From positions 51,883-115,882 of the forward strand of contig DUCU01000032.1 of NCBI GenBank assembly GCA_012959605.1: a stretch of 64,000 nucleotides of DNA, given 5' to 3'. Source of the DNA: Dehalococcoidia bacterium (GTDB lineage Bacteria; Chloroflexota; Dehalococcoidia; Lucifugimonadales; UBA3495). This document shows, in pieces, positions 1-8,821 of the stretch. Below the pieces are notes generated by a model. It did not search any database. It was not told the origin of the DNA and worked only from the letters and a program-made list of their open reading frames with translations. Positions within the stretch are counted from its first letter, which is position 1. Every line of letters begins with the position of its first letter. The position numbers and the translations under genes are program-made.

Positions 1-173
1 ACACGGTACGCATGAACGACAATGTGCTCCGGCTGATCAACAACATTCTGGGCATTGCCTCCCAACACCGGGCCACGGTGCGCTGGTCGTCGGATCAGGT
101 GACCTGGGCACCCGAGATCGCGGTATCCGGTTACGGCCTGGAAGAGATTTCCGAATACATGGAGGGCGTCTAA
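1..173 (+). CDS. 3' end of an unidentified gene (partial)
   Basis: Open frame from the window edge (...TVRMNDNVLRLINNILG...EYMEGV*). Its TAA overlaps the ATG of the next gene at 173. Confidence 0.6.
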   Translation, partial: TVRMNDNVLRLINNILGIASQHRATVRWSSDQVTWAPEIAVSGYGLEEISEYMEGV

Positions 174-976
174 TGGCTAATGGAAATATCAAGTTCGAAA
201 AAATGGACGACGTGGGCATCATCACGCTGGACCGCCCAGAGTCCAGAAACTCCCTCACTCCAGACATGGTCGACGAGATGGGAGAAGCGATAGAGGCCTG
301 CAAGCGCAACGATGTCCGGTCAGTACTACTCAACGGGACCGGCGCTGCGTTCTGCTCCGGCGCCGACGTGAAAATGTTCGTCGAAGTGCTGGATAACGGC
401 GGCCCAGAGGGCCTGCACCAGCACATCAGCACCATGGCCGATGCACTCCACACCAAGGTGGTCCTGGGTCTAAGGAGACTGGAGAAACCGGTGGTAGCAG
501 CGATCAATGGAGTGGCTGCCGGCGCCGGTTTCAGCCTGACACTCGGCTGTGACATCCGGTATGCCGCCCAAAGTGCCCGGTTCTTGATGGCCTACGCCAA
601 CATCGGCGCAACGGCTGACGGCGGCTCAACCTACCTGCTGCCCAGATTGGTCGGCTCTGGCCGGGCAATGGAGATATATCTGGCCAGCCAGCCGATCAGT
701 GCGCAGATGGCCTTGGATATGGGTCTCGTCAATCAGGTTGTGGAGGACGAACACCTGTTTCGCCACGCCATGGAAACCGCCGTCAGGTTGGCTCAAGGGC
801 CCACGCTAGCCTACGGAAAGGTAAAAGCCCTGTTCGATCAGTCTTGGGATAAAGACATCGAAACCCAACTGAACGCAGAAACAGAAGCTCTAGCTAACAG
901 CGGACTAACTGCCGATTTCCAAGAGGGAATCAAGGCCTTCGCCGAGCGACGCCAAGCCAGGTTTCAGGGCAAGTAG
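173..976 (+). CDS. Enoyl-CoA hydratase/isomerase (crotonase family, PaaG-like)
   Basis: Crotonase motifs FCSGADV, KPVVAAINGVAAGAG, DGGSTYLLPRLVG and DFQEGIKAF. Confidence 0.92.
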   Translation: MANGNIKFEKMDDVGIITLDRPESRNSLTPDMVDEMGEAIEACKRNDVRSVLLNGTGAAFCSGADVKMFVEVLDNGGPEGLHQHISTMADALHTKVVLGLRRLEKPVVAAINGVAAGAGFSLTLGCDIRYAAQSARFLMAYANIGATADGGSTYLLPRLVGSGRAMEIYLASQPISAQMALDMGLVNQVVEDEHLFRHAMETAVRLAQGPTLAYGKVKALFDQSWDKDIETQLNAETEALANSGLTADFQEGIKAFAERRQARFQGK

Positions 977-985
977 GCTCAGTCC

Positions 986-3487
986 CTACTCCAGTTCGGC
1001 TACGGTGATGCCGTCGCCGCCGGCCCCTTCTCCGTCCTGGGCTGAGATCACCAGGGGGTGACCGCTTAGGTACTCTCGGATGGCTGTCCGTAGCGCCCAA
1101 GTGCCTTTGCCGTGAATCAAGCGTACAGAACTGGCCCCGTCCAAAGATGCGTCGTTCAGGGCGTTATCCACCCTGCTCAGGGCCTCGTCAACTCGCATAC
1201 CGCGCAGGTCTAACTCCGGACTCGGGCCACGCCTAGGCGCTCTACTAGAAGAGCGGCTCAGGTAGACACCCTGGGCGGCCGCAGTAGGGTCCGCATCCGC
1301 CTTTCGTTCTAGTTGGTACACCGGAATCTTGGCTCGCATAGTGCCTAGCAGAACTTCGATCCGCTCCTGGCTGTCGGCCGCGGAGATTACCTCCACTGGC
1401 TGGGCAATGCCACGGATGTAGACTCGATCCCCTTCCTTGAGCGTTTCCTGCCACGGTGTCCTTTCAACGTCGATGGGCGACCAGGACGTAGAGTCCAACT
1501 CACGTTGGACCTCTTTGATTTCATCACGGTGGGCCTGCATCTGCTGTTTGGTCTCTGTTTCAGCTCTGGCAGCGGCTCTAACACGTGCTTCAGCATCCTG
1601 GCGCATCTCGGCGGCTTCCAAAGTGCGTTCTGCCCTGGCCAATCGGTCCAATATCCCACCGATGCGACTCTGAAGTTCTTGGCGCGAATCCTCAACCAAA
1701 TTGGCTTTGGCTGATTCTACGTCGGCCAATTGGACGTCAAGCTCCCGTTGTTTTCGTGCCGAATCTGCCCGAGCAATCTCGGCTTCCTGCCGCAGTTCCT
1801 CAACCACCCGTCGCTCTTGCTGTAACTCTTGCAGGAGACCTTCAGTAGCCTGCTCCACTGGAGAAATGCCGGTGCGGGCATCGTCGATTACTTCCTGGGG
1901 CACACCCAATCTCGCGGCGATGGTCAGCGCATAGCTGCGGCCCGGCAGGCCCAGCGTTACATGATAGGTGGGTTCCAACGTGGTGGGGTCAAGGTCAACG
2001 CTTGCATTGACCATGCCCGGCTGCTCCTGCACAAACCTGGCCACACCACGGTGGTGGGTGGTGCCAACGACAAACGAGCCAATCTTCTGAAAATACCGGA
2101 GCACAGCACTGGCTAAGGCCGAGCCCTCTTCCGGGTCGGTGCTAGTACCAAGTTCGTCCACCAATACCAGGGAATTAACGGTGGCGCGGGACATGATTCC
2201 CTTCAGGTTGGTGATGTGCGAGCTGAATGTGGAAAGCGACTCCGAGATGCTCTGCTGGTCGCCAATGTCCGCGTAGATGCCATCGAACCGGGGGAAGTGG
2301 GCTTCTTCTGCAGGTACGTGCAGACCAGCCTGGGCCATGATGGCCAGCAGACCCACGGTCTTCAGGGTGACCGTCTTGCCACCGGCGTTGGGGCCGGTAA
2401 TCAGCAACACCTCTTGGTCTCGGTCCAGGTCGATGCTGACCGGCACTACGTTGCCAGTGAGCAGGGGGTGTCGCGCCCGAACTAGCCTTAGACGCCTGTC
2501 TGAAACTTCTTGTTCTGAAACCCAGGGCGCAACAGCTTTAATCACCTTGGAGTAGCGGGCCTTGGCAATATCCAAATCAAGTCTAGCAATCTGGTCCAGC
2601 GTCAACATGAGATCTTCGCCGGACAGGCCAACCATGCCGGACAACTGCCGCAGCACCCGTTCAACTTCTCGGTCTTCGGCCAGCCGGGCTTCACGCCAGC
2701 GGTTGCCCACGTCGATGGCCGGCATGGGCTCTACGAACACCGTGGCTCCGCTGTCGGAAACATCATGGACGATGCCCGGCACCCGGTAACGCATCTCTGC
2801 TTTGATCAGCAACACCATGCGGCCGTTGCGCTGAGTTATCAAGGCTTCTTGGAGTACATCGACACGCTGTAGGCGGCGCAGGTTGCGCTCCATGATGTCG
2901 TTCAGTCGATTCTGGGCGTTGCGAGCGTCCTGGCGCAGGTTGTGCAACACGGGGCTAGCGTTATCCAGCACCTCTCCAACCGGACTGATGGAACCGGAAA
3001 GTGTGCGTTCCAAGTCGCCCAACTCAGGGATGCTCTCGCCAATGCTGGCCAGCAGCGGAATCTCTTCGTGACGGCTGAGCTCTGTGCGGTCGAATCGGGC
3101 GGCGCGGAGCAATTCCCGAATGGCAAACAGTTCATCGCCGCGTAGCAGTCCACCCAACAAGGCCCGCTGGAGAATCTCTCTAAAGTCCTGGTCCGGCCCA
3201 AACTCCAAGCCGCCGCCATCGTCCAAATATTGCTTGGCCTCGGATGTCTCCTGCTGCCTGGTGGCAATATCCAACAGATCAAGCGTCGGCGACAGAGACC
3301 GCGCACGCTCGGCGCCAACCACCGTGTGGGTGTGATTGACTAATTGCTCGCGGACTTTATCGAACTCCAACAGCCGCCCGGCAAAGTCAAAGCCGCCCAA
3401 ATCTGTGTTCAGAGTGCGCGTCTCTCGCCGAATCGTAGTCTCCGGAGGGTTATTCATTTCAGGCATTTCAGCTTCAGTGTCGTTCAA
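986..3487 (-). CDS. mutS2: Endonuclease MutS2 (ATPase, coiled coil, KOW, Smr)
   Basis: Walker A ITGPNAGGKT, DIGDQQSI, Walker B LVDELGTSTDP, TTH, KOW-like EGDRVYI and Smr ELDLRGM...IHGKGT. Alternative start is ATG 3466. Confidence 0.95.
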   Translation of the reverse strand: MNDTEAEMPEMNNPPETTIRRETRTLNTDLGGFDFAGRLLEFDKVREQLVNHTHTVVGAERARSLSPTLDLLDIATRQQETSEAKQYLDDGGGLEFGPDQDFREILQRALLGGLLRGDELFAIRELLRAARFDRTELSRHEEIPLLASIGESIPELGDLERTLSGSISPVGEVLDNASPVLHNLRQDARNAQNRLNDIMERNLRRLQRVDVLQEALITQRNGRMVLLIKAEMRYRVPGIVHDVSDSGATVFVEPMPAIDVGNRWREARLAEDREVERVLRQLSGMVGLSGEDLMLTLDQIARLDLDIAKARYSKVIKAVAPWVSEQEVSDRRLRLVRARHPLLTGNVVPVSIDLDRDQEVLLITGPNAGGKTVTLKTVGLLAIMAQAGLHVPAEEAHFPRFDGIYADIGDQQSISESLSTFSSHITNLKGIMSRATVNSLVLVDELGTSTDPEEGSALASAVLRYFQKIGSFVVGTTHHRGVARFVQEQPGMVNASVDLDPTTLEPTYHVTLGLPGRSYALTIAARLGVPQEVIDDARTGISPVEQATEGLLQELQQERRVVEELRQEAEIARADSARKQRELDVQLADVESAKANLVEDSRQELQSRIGGILDRLARAERTLEAAEMRQDAEARVRAAARAETETKQQMQAHRDEIKEVQRELDSTSWSPIDVERTPWQETLKEGDRVYIRGIAQPVEVISAADSQERIEVLLGTMRAKIPVYQLERKADADPTAAAQGVYLSRSSSRAPRRGPSPELDLRGMRVDEALSRVDNALNDASLDGASSVRLIHGKGTWALRTAIREYLSGHPLVISAQDGEGAGGDGITVAELE

Positions 3488-3490
3488 TTA

Positions 3491-4246
3491 TTACCAGTCC
3501 ATACCCCAAACTCGGCTCTCATGTAGCGTGCTACCCAAGTCATCCAGGGTGTCGCGCTTGGGGTCTCGGATGTTTAATCTTCTCTTCAGCGTAATATCTT
3601 TGTATTCGTCCATTCGAGGGCAGACCTTCAAGAAGCCGTTCAGCGTGAATTTCTCTCCACCCAACACCACGTGGTCCAACTCTCGGGCCACGGGCTCAAA
3701 CTGGGCGCGAATAGATTCGCAGACTTTCACGTACAACCGCCGCATCTGCCCTTCTCTGATGCGGGTGTAGCGAAGCTGTGATGTCCCGCCGGCGTGGTGC
3801 TTGCCCTTAACGTAGCGGGAATCTGTCTTGGAACTTTCCAGGTCTGCGCCGCAATAGACGGCCACAGAATATCGTCCCAGCCGCACTAGGACCACCCCAA
3901 CGGTGCGTTCAGTGTCCAACAGAGTCCAGAGCGGCTCCTCGTTCCATCTATCATGCAGGCTGCTTTTCAGCACCGGAAACGGCGGGGCAATGACCAGTGT
4001 CCGATCTCCAGCACGCAGCCCAACCAGACCGCAGCCATTATCCTCGGGGGTGCCGCCCAAGCGGGACAACCGTTCTTTCCATTCGGCAGAACCAGCGGCA
4101 TCGCCCGGACGCAGATAGATAGTCGATGCAATTTCACCGTCACGCGGTTTACGCACGCCCAGCAGATTGCGCAGCCGTTCTTTGGTCAGCCAGTCTCCAT
4201 TGAGGCTCGCCGCAGGCGTGGCAGTCCTGTTTTTAGCTTCGCTCAT
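3491..4246 (-). CDS. acVLRF1-family (Vms1/ANKZF1-like) peptidyl-tRNA hydrolase / release factor
   Basis: GVVLVRLGRYSVAV...KTDSRYVKGKHHAGGTSQLRYTRIRE...VVLGG: eRF1-like core with the GGxSQ loop of the VLRF1 clade. Confidence 0.85.
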   Translation of the reverse strand: MSEAKNRTATPAASLNGDWLTKERLRNLLGVRKPRDGEIASTIYLRPGDAAGSAEWKERLSRLGGTPEDNGCGLVGLRAGDRTLVIAPPFPVLKSSLHDRWNEEPLWTLLDTERTVGVVLVRLGRYSVAVYCGADLESSKTDSRYVKGKHHAGGTSQLRYTRIREGQMRRLYVKVCESIRAQFEPVARELDHVVLGGEKFTLNGFLKVCPRMDEYKDITLKRRLNIRDPKRDTLDDLGSTLHESRVWGMDW

Positions 4247-4355
4247 ATTATTCTGAGGATTGTATCACTGCCGCCTCTTTCGCCGGAACGCCAGCAGTCT
4301 TAGAATGGCCTCACCACTCAGATCCCCGACTGAAAAACCGACGGAGAAACCTGCA

Positions 4356-5156
4356 ATGGCCACAGACGACAATTGGACCCTGCTTCAGCGCCGAGACAAG
4401 GTCTTGGAACAATTGGAAGAATCGCATCGTATTCTTCACGAATCCCTAGAAGGAATCGATCCGGAGGAAGCGTTTTTGGGCTCCCGATGGTCGGTCTGGG
4501 AGGTGCTGAACCACCTGGACACCGAGAACTATGTTGATGCTTTGGAGAAGATTTCTTCGGGCGCGATGGACATGCTGCCGCCATTTGGCAGCCGCAAGGA
4601 AAAACTCAAAGAGGACATCGCCCACCTGGATGAGAATTTTCAGCGGTTTAAGGCGTTGGTCGCCGGGCTAACGGAAGAACGCATGGTCCAACCGGTTGTG
4701 CCGCCGAATCCGGAAAACAATTATCCTGGACTAACATTGCTAGAGCTGATGGAGAGGTCATCAGGCCACGAAGGCTCCCACGCTCGGCAGATCGTGGAGA
4801 CTCGCAAGTATGTGACCGCTTTCGGCGCCAAAGAACGGACCGTAACATTTATTGCCCTCGACCCGCAAAACCCAGATAATTTGGGAGTTTCCACCGTTGG
4901 GTTGCTGAAATATGCCGACAATGTGGCCGGCGCTCCTGAAGCCCTGGACGCAATCAGAAATTTTGCCACCGGAGCAGAGTTAACCCTGGACGGCAAAAAC
5001 ACGGTGGAAATCATTGCACGCCTGGGCAGGGACACCCGCGCCGGGCTCTGGAACGTGGTATGCACTATTGGCAGCCCTTCTGAATCTCACCTGGAACTCT
5101 TGCAGGTTGCCGAGAAGTACTGCGACAAAGTGGTCATCATGCAGGCAAGCCAGTAG
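4356..5156 (+). CDS. DinB-family protein with an extra C-terminal domain
   Basis: WSVWEVLNHL...HEGSHARQI DinB His triad pattern. GGAG RBS precedes ATG 4356. Confidence 0.7.
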   Translation: MATDDNWTLLQRRDKVLEQLEESHRILHESLEGIDPEEAFLGSRWSVWEVLNHLDTENYVDALEKISSGAMDMLPPFGSRKEKLKEDIAHLDENFQRFKALVAGLTEERMVQPVVPPNPENNYPGLTLLELMERSSGHEGSHARQIVETRKYVTAFGAKERTVTFIALDPQNPDNLGVSTVGLLKYADNVAGAPEALDAIRNFATGAELTLDGKNTVEIIARLGRDTRAGLWNVVCTIGSPSESHLELLQVAEKYCDKVVIMQASQ

Positions 5157-5174
5157 CGATTGACGCCGGACCGT

Positions 5175-5203
5175 TTGCCCCGGCAAACCAGGTTTGCTAC
5201 ACT
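5175..5203 (+). promoter_or_regulatory. Sigma70-type promoter candidate
   Basis: TTGCCC-17 nt-TACACT with a TGn extension, upstream of the NIPSNAP gene. Confidence 0.45.
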
Positions 5204-5293
5204 GTCGCCGTACTTTCGGCCCGTCTCTGATTTAGCCTGGTTTTGAGCCTGGCAAGGTGGGCAGAATACAATCTACGTCAGATAGGAGCCACC

Positions 5294-5914
5294 ATGATTT
5301 ACGAAGTGCGTACCTACGTCCTAAAACCCGGCAGCGTCGCCACTTTTGAAGAGAACTTTGCCGCCGCGTTGCCGCACCGCGAGAAATATTCCAAATTGGG
5401 AGCCTTCTGGCACACCGAGATTGGCCCGTTGAACCAGGTAATCCACGTGTGGCCTTACGAGAGCATGGAAGAGCGGAACAGCATCCGCGAGGAGGCTGGC
5501 AAAGACCCCAGCTGGCCGCCGAAAAATGACCCCGACATGTACGTGAGCATGAACTCAGAGATTTTCAACCCGGCCCCGTTCATGCGACCGCTGGGCGGCA
5601 ATCAGGCCCTGGGTTCCATCTACGAGATGCGCTCTTACACCTACAAAGTTGGCAGCATCAACAAGGTCATCGACATTTGGGCCGACGCTGTGCCCGCCCG
5701 CGAAGAGTTCTCCCCCTTGGCCGCCGCCATGTATACCGATGTGGGCGGACTGAACAAGTGGGTCCACATCTGGGCCTACGAAGACCTTGATCAGCGCAAG
5801 AATGTCCGCGCCGAAGCCATCAAGACCCCAACCTGGCCGCCGCCCACTCGGGAGTTCTTGGTCAGCCAAGAGAACAAGATCATGGTCCCGTCGTCCTTCT
5901 CACCAATGCACTAG
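5294..5914 (+). CDS. NIPSNAP family protein (tandem domains)
   Basis: Two copies of IYE(V/M)RxY...HxWxY. AGGAG RBS precedes ATG 5294. Confidence 0.9.
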   Translation: MIYEVRTYVLKPGSVATFEENFAAALPHREKYSKLGAFWHTEIGPLNQVIHVWPYESMEERNSIREEAGKDPSWPPKNDPDMYVSMNSEIFNPAPFMRPLGGNQALGSIYEMRSYTYKVGSINKVIDIWADAVPAREEFSPLAAAMYTDVGGLNKWVHIWAYEDLDQRKNVRAEAIKTPTWPPPTREFLVSQENKIMVPSSFSPMH

Positions 5915-5986
5915 GCCGGCGGCGAGCCGCGTTTTGTTCGGGCAAGTGATCTAACAATTCGTGATTGGTCTTCCAAAGAGTGCAAC

Positions 5987-6030
5987 AGGAGGCTCTGCCG
6001 ATATACCGTGGCAGAGCCTCCTTTCTCTTC
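5987..6030 (+). terminator. Intrinsic terminator
   Basis: AGGAGGCTCTGCC...GGCAGAGCCTCCT stem followed by TTCTCTT. Confidence 0.65.
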
Positions 6031-6044
6031 CTGAGAAAGATTCC

Positions 6045-6182
6045 CGTAGGGGCGGGTTTGTAACCCGCAATGCTTGGGTAGGCCATTTCCAGATGATCCA
6101 AGCAGCTCGCTCGTTGGCTTTGGTTTATCTTGCTGAAAATGACTTGTCGAGACTGAGGGCGGGTTACAAACCCGCCCCTACG
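6045..6182. repeat. REPIN-like inverted pair of GTAG-type REP elements
   Basis: CGTAGGGGCGGGTTTGTAACCCGC (6045-6068) and its exact reverse complement (6159-6182). Each copy is itself a hairpin with a GTAG foot. Confidence 0.8.
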
Positions 6183-6229
6183 CCTGCATCATCACTTTGA
6201 GATATTGAAATAGCAGCACAAGAATCTTC

Positions 6230-6961
6230 ATGACAAATTTTGATGAACAATTGGAAGAACTGGTCACGGCCAACCGCATATTGGCGCGGGAGGGAGTGGT
6301 AGACGCCTTTGGCCACGTGAGCATCAGACATCCGGAGCACCCGGACCGATACATCTTGTCCCAATCCCGCGCGCCAGACTTGGTGAATGTTTCTGATCTT
6401 ATGGAGTACACCCTGGAGGGCGACCCCCTAGACCAACAGGGCCGCACAATGTACTCGGAACGTCCGATTCACGGAGGCATTTACGAGGCCCGTGACGACG
6501 TTCTGGCCATTGTCCACAATCACTCGGCAACGGTGGTTCCATTCACCGTTACAGACACGCCGCTGCGGCCAATGTTTCACCTGGGTGCCCTCATTGGGCC
6601 AGAACTGCCGGTTTGGGACATTCGCGATAATTTCCAGGACACCAGCATGCTGGTCGCCACCATGGACCAAGGTCGAGACCTGGCCCGCTGCCTGGGAGAC
6701 TGCCGTGTTGCCCTCATGCGGGGTCACGGCTGTGTAATTACAGGCAAGTCCATCCGCGAGGTAGTGATGGCTTCAATCTATCTGCAGGTCAATGCCGGGC
6801 TGCTGCTTGAGTCGTTGCGACTGGGCGATGTTAAATACATGACGCCAGGCGAGATTGAACTTATGTCGGAAGGCCAGATGCGCCCCACCGCCCAAGAACG
6901 GGCCTGGGAATACTGGGCCAACCGCGCCGGACGAAGAAAAGACGGGGATAAAAACGCCTGA
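6230..6961 (+). CDS. Class II aldolase/adducin family protein
   Basis: GHVSIR, SERPIHGGIY, IVHNHS and LMRGHG motifs. Confidence 0.9.
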   Translation: MTNFDEQLEELVTANRILAREGVVDAFGHVSIRHPEHPDRYILSQSRAPDLVNVSDLMEYTLEGDPLDQQGRTMYSERPIHGGIYEARDDVLAIVHNHSATVVPFTVTDTPLRPMFHLGALIGPELPVWDIRDNFQDTSMLVATMDQGRDLARCLGDCRVALMRGHGCVITGKSIREVVMASIYLQVNAGLLLESLRLGDVKYMTPGEIELMSEGQMRPTAQERAWEYWANRAGRRKDGDKNA

Positions 6962-6973
6962 GGGAAACGATTA

Positions 6974-7375
6974 ATGGTACCTGAGCCCGAACCAGAGATA
7001 GTAGAAGAACTGAAAGCCGCCAACCAGCGGTTTTATGACGCGTTCTCCGACCTGGATATATCTGTCATGGACCGGGTTTGGGAGGACTCCACGCGGGTGG
7101 TCTGTGTCCATCCTGGATGGACTCCTCTGATCGGATGGGAAGCTGTGCGCATGAGCTGGGACCGTATCTTTCAGAATTCTAACCTCATGCAATTCCAAGT
7201 CCGTTATCTGAACATACTCGTCGAGGGCGATTTCGGCAGCGTCACCTGTGTTGAAGTCATCACCAGCGTGGTCGCGGGAACAGCGTCCAATTTCAGCACC
7301 TTTGCGACCAACGTTTTCGTCCGCCGTGATGACGGCTGGCGCATGGTCGCCCACCACGCTACTCAGTCAGCCTAA
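6974..7375 (+). CDS. NTF2/SnoaL-like protein
   Basis: ANQRFYDAF, CVHPGW, ATNVF...WRMVAHH. Confidence 0.88.
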   Translation: MVPEPEPEIVEELKAANQRFYDAFSDLDISVMDRVWEDSTRVVCVHPGWTPLIGWEAVRMSWDRIFQNSNLMQFQVRYLNILVEGDFGSVTCVEVITSVVAGTASNFSTFATNVFVRRDDGWRMVAHHATQSA

Positions 7376-7566
7376 ACCAACCGTACAATGCCCCGGGAAT
7401 TAGTCCCCTCTCGCCGCAACCCGCACCGGCTTAACTGCCCGGGGTTTTCCCCAACTGTTAAGATAGGCAGTGCTACCCCTCTCCCAATCATGAGCAGATT
7501 GTGCCCAGCCGCACAGGGCAGTTAAAAGGGCTGAAAGCGCCACAGAATTTAAAAAGGACACCCATC

Positions 7567-8817
7567 ATGGCTCCAGATCCACTGTCATTGACAAAGACGG
7601 AACGAAACCTTTGGTCAGCCATTGTCGCTGAGGCTTTGGCCCACTTGAAATATAACGCCTACGCCCACCGAGCCCTGGAAGAGGGTCACCCGGAAGTGGC
7701 CCAAGTCTTCCAAGAAGTGGCCGGCGCCGAGACCATCCACGGCATGAACCACCTGCGGGTTTCGGGCGCTCTGCACACCACCCAGGTCAACCTCCGCACG
7801 GTGACCGAAGGCGAATCCAAAGAATACAGCACCATGTATCCCAAGATGATCCAGGATGCATTGGACGAGGGCCGCCAGGACGCCGCAGATTCATTTGCCT
7901 TGGCCATGGACCGTGAACGCCATCACCTGGAAGTGTTCACCAATGCCTTGAATTTGCTGGACGCCAAGACGGAGGCCATTGCTGCTGCAGGCCTAGAACC
8001 GGTAGTGGCATCATCGTCCAACCCGGTATCCGCCACTGGATCGGCTCCTGGCAGCGCGCTCACCATCGACGACGATGGCATAACCATGGGGGATTACGTA
8101 AGCGCGGCCACAGAGATCGACCGAGAACGCTGGCGCGTGGCCCGGCTGGGAAGATTGCGTGAGGTGGTCTTTGGCGCCCAGGACGGTCTGTTGAGCACAG
8201 TGGCATTGGTCACCGGAGTTGCCGTTGCTGTAGAAAACCAGACCACTGTGTTGGTCGCCGGCTTGGCTGCAGCGCTGCCAGGCATGCTTTCAATGGCCAC
8301 TGGAGCGTTTTTAGGCTCCCGCGCAGAGCAGGATGTGCAGAGGGCAGAGATTGCCCGTGAGGCCTTAGAGCTTGAGGAAAACCCGGCTGAGGAGTTGGCC
8401 GAGCTTGTGGTGCTCTACCAGCGAGAGGGTAAGACCTATCAGGAAGCGAGGCACCTGGCCGATGAGATATCCCAGGATAAAGACCTGTGGCTGCGTACAC
8501 TGGTAGAGAAAGAACTGGGAATCAGCCCCGACGATACCACCAACCCCATGAAAGACGCCCTCACCATGGGAATCGCTTTCATATTGGCAGCCATCATCCC
8601 TATCCTGCCCCATTTCTTCATGGAGGGCGGAGCGGCCATCAGCGTGTCCATCGCAGCCGCGCTCACAGGCTTATTCATCTTGGGCGTGGGCAAAGGCCGG
8701 TTGGTGCAGCGTTCACCGCTGCTGCAAGGACTGGAGATACTGGCCATTGGGGCGATATCTGCCGGGGTCGGCTTCGGCCTGGGCGACCTGATCCCCAGGA
8801 TTATCGACCTTTCCTAA
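7567..8817 (+). CDS. Rubrerythrin-like diiron domain fused to a VIT1/CCC1 transporter (MbfA-like)
   Basis: N-terminal EALAH/ETIH/EGESKE/ERHH diiron motifs. C-terminal REVVFGAQDGL and SMATGAFL VIT1 motifs plus TM helices. Confidence 0.85.
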   Translation: MAPDPLSLTKTERNLWSAIVAEALAHLKYNAYAHRALEEGHPEVAQVFQEVAGAETIHGMNHLRVSGALHTTQVNLRTVTEGESKEYSTMYPKMIQDALDEGRQDAADSFALAMDRERHHLEVFTNALNLLDAKTEAIAAAGLEPVVASSSNPVSATGSAPGSALTIDDDGITMGDYVSAATEIDRERWRVARLGRLREVVFGAQDGLLSTVALVTGVAVAVENQTTVLVAGLAAALPGMLSMATGAFLGSRAEQDVQRAEIAREALELEENPAEELAELVVLYQREGKTYQEARHLADEISQDKDLWLRTLVEKELGISPDDTTNPMKDALTMGIAFILAAIIPILPHFFMEGGAAISVSIAAALTGLFILGVGKGRLVQRSPLLQGLEILAIGAISAGVGFGLGDLIPRIIDLS

Positions 8818-8821
8818 AAAC

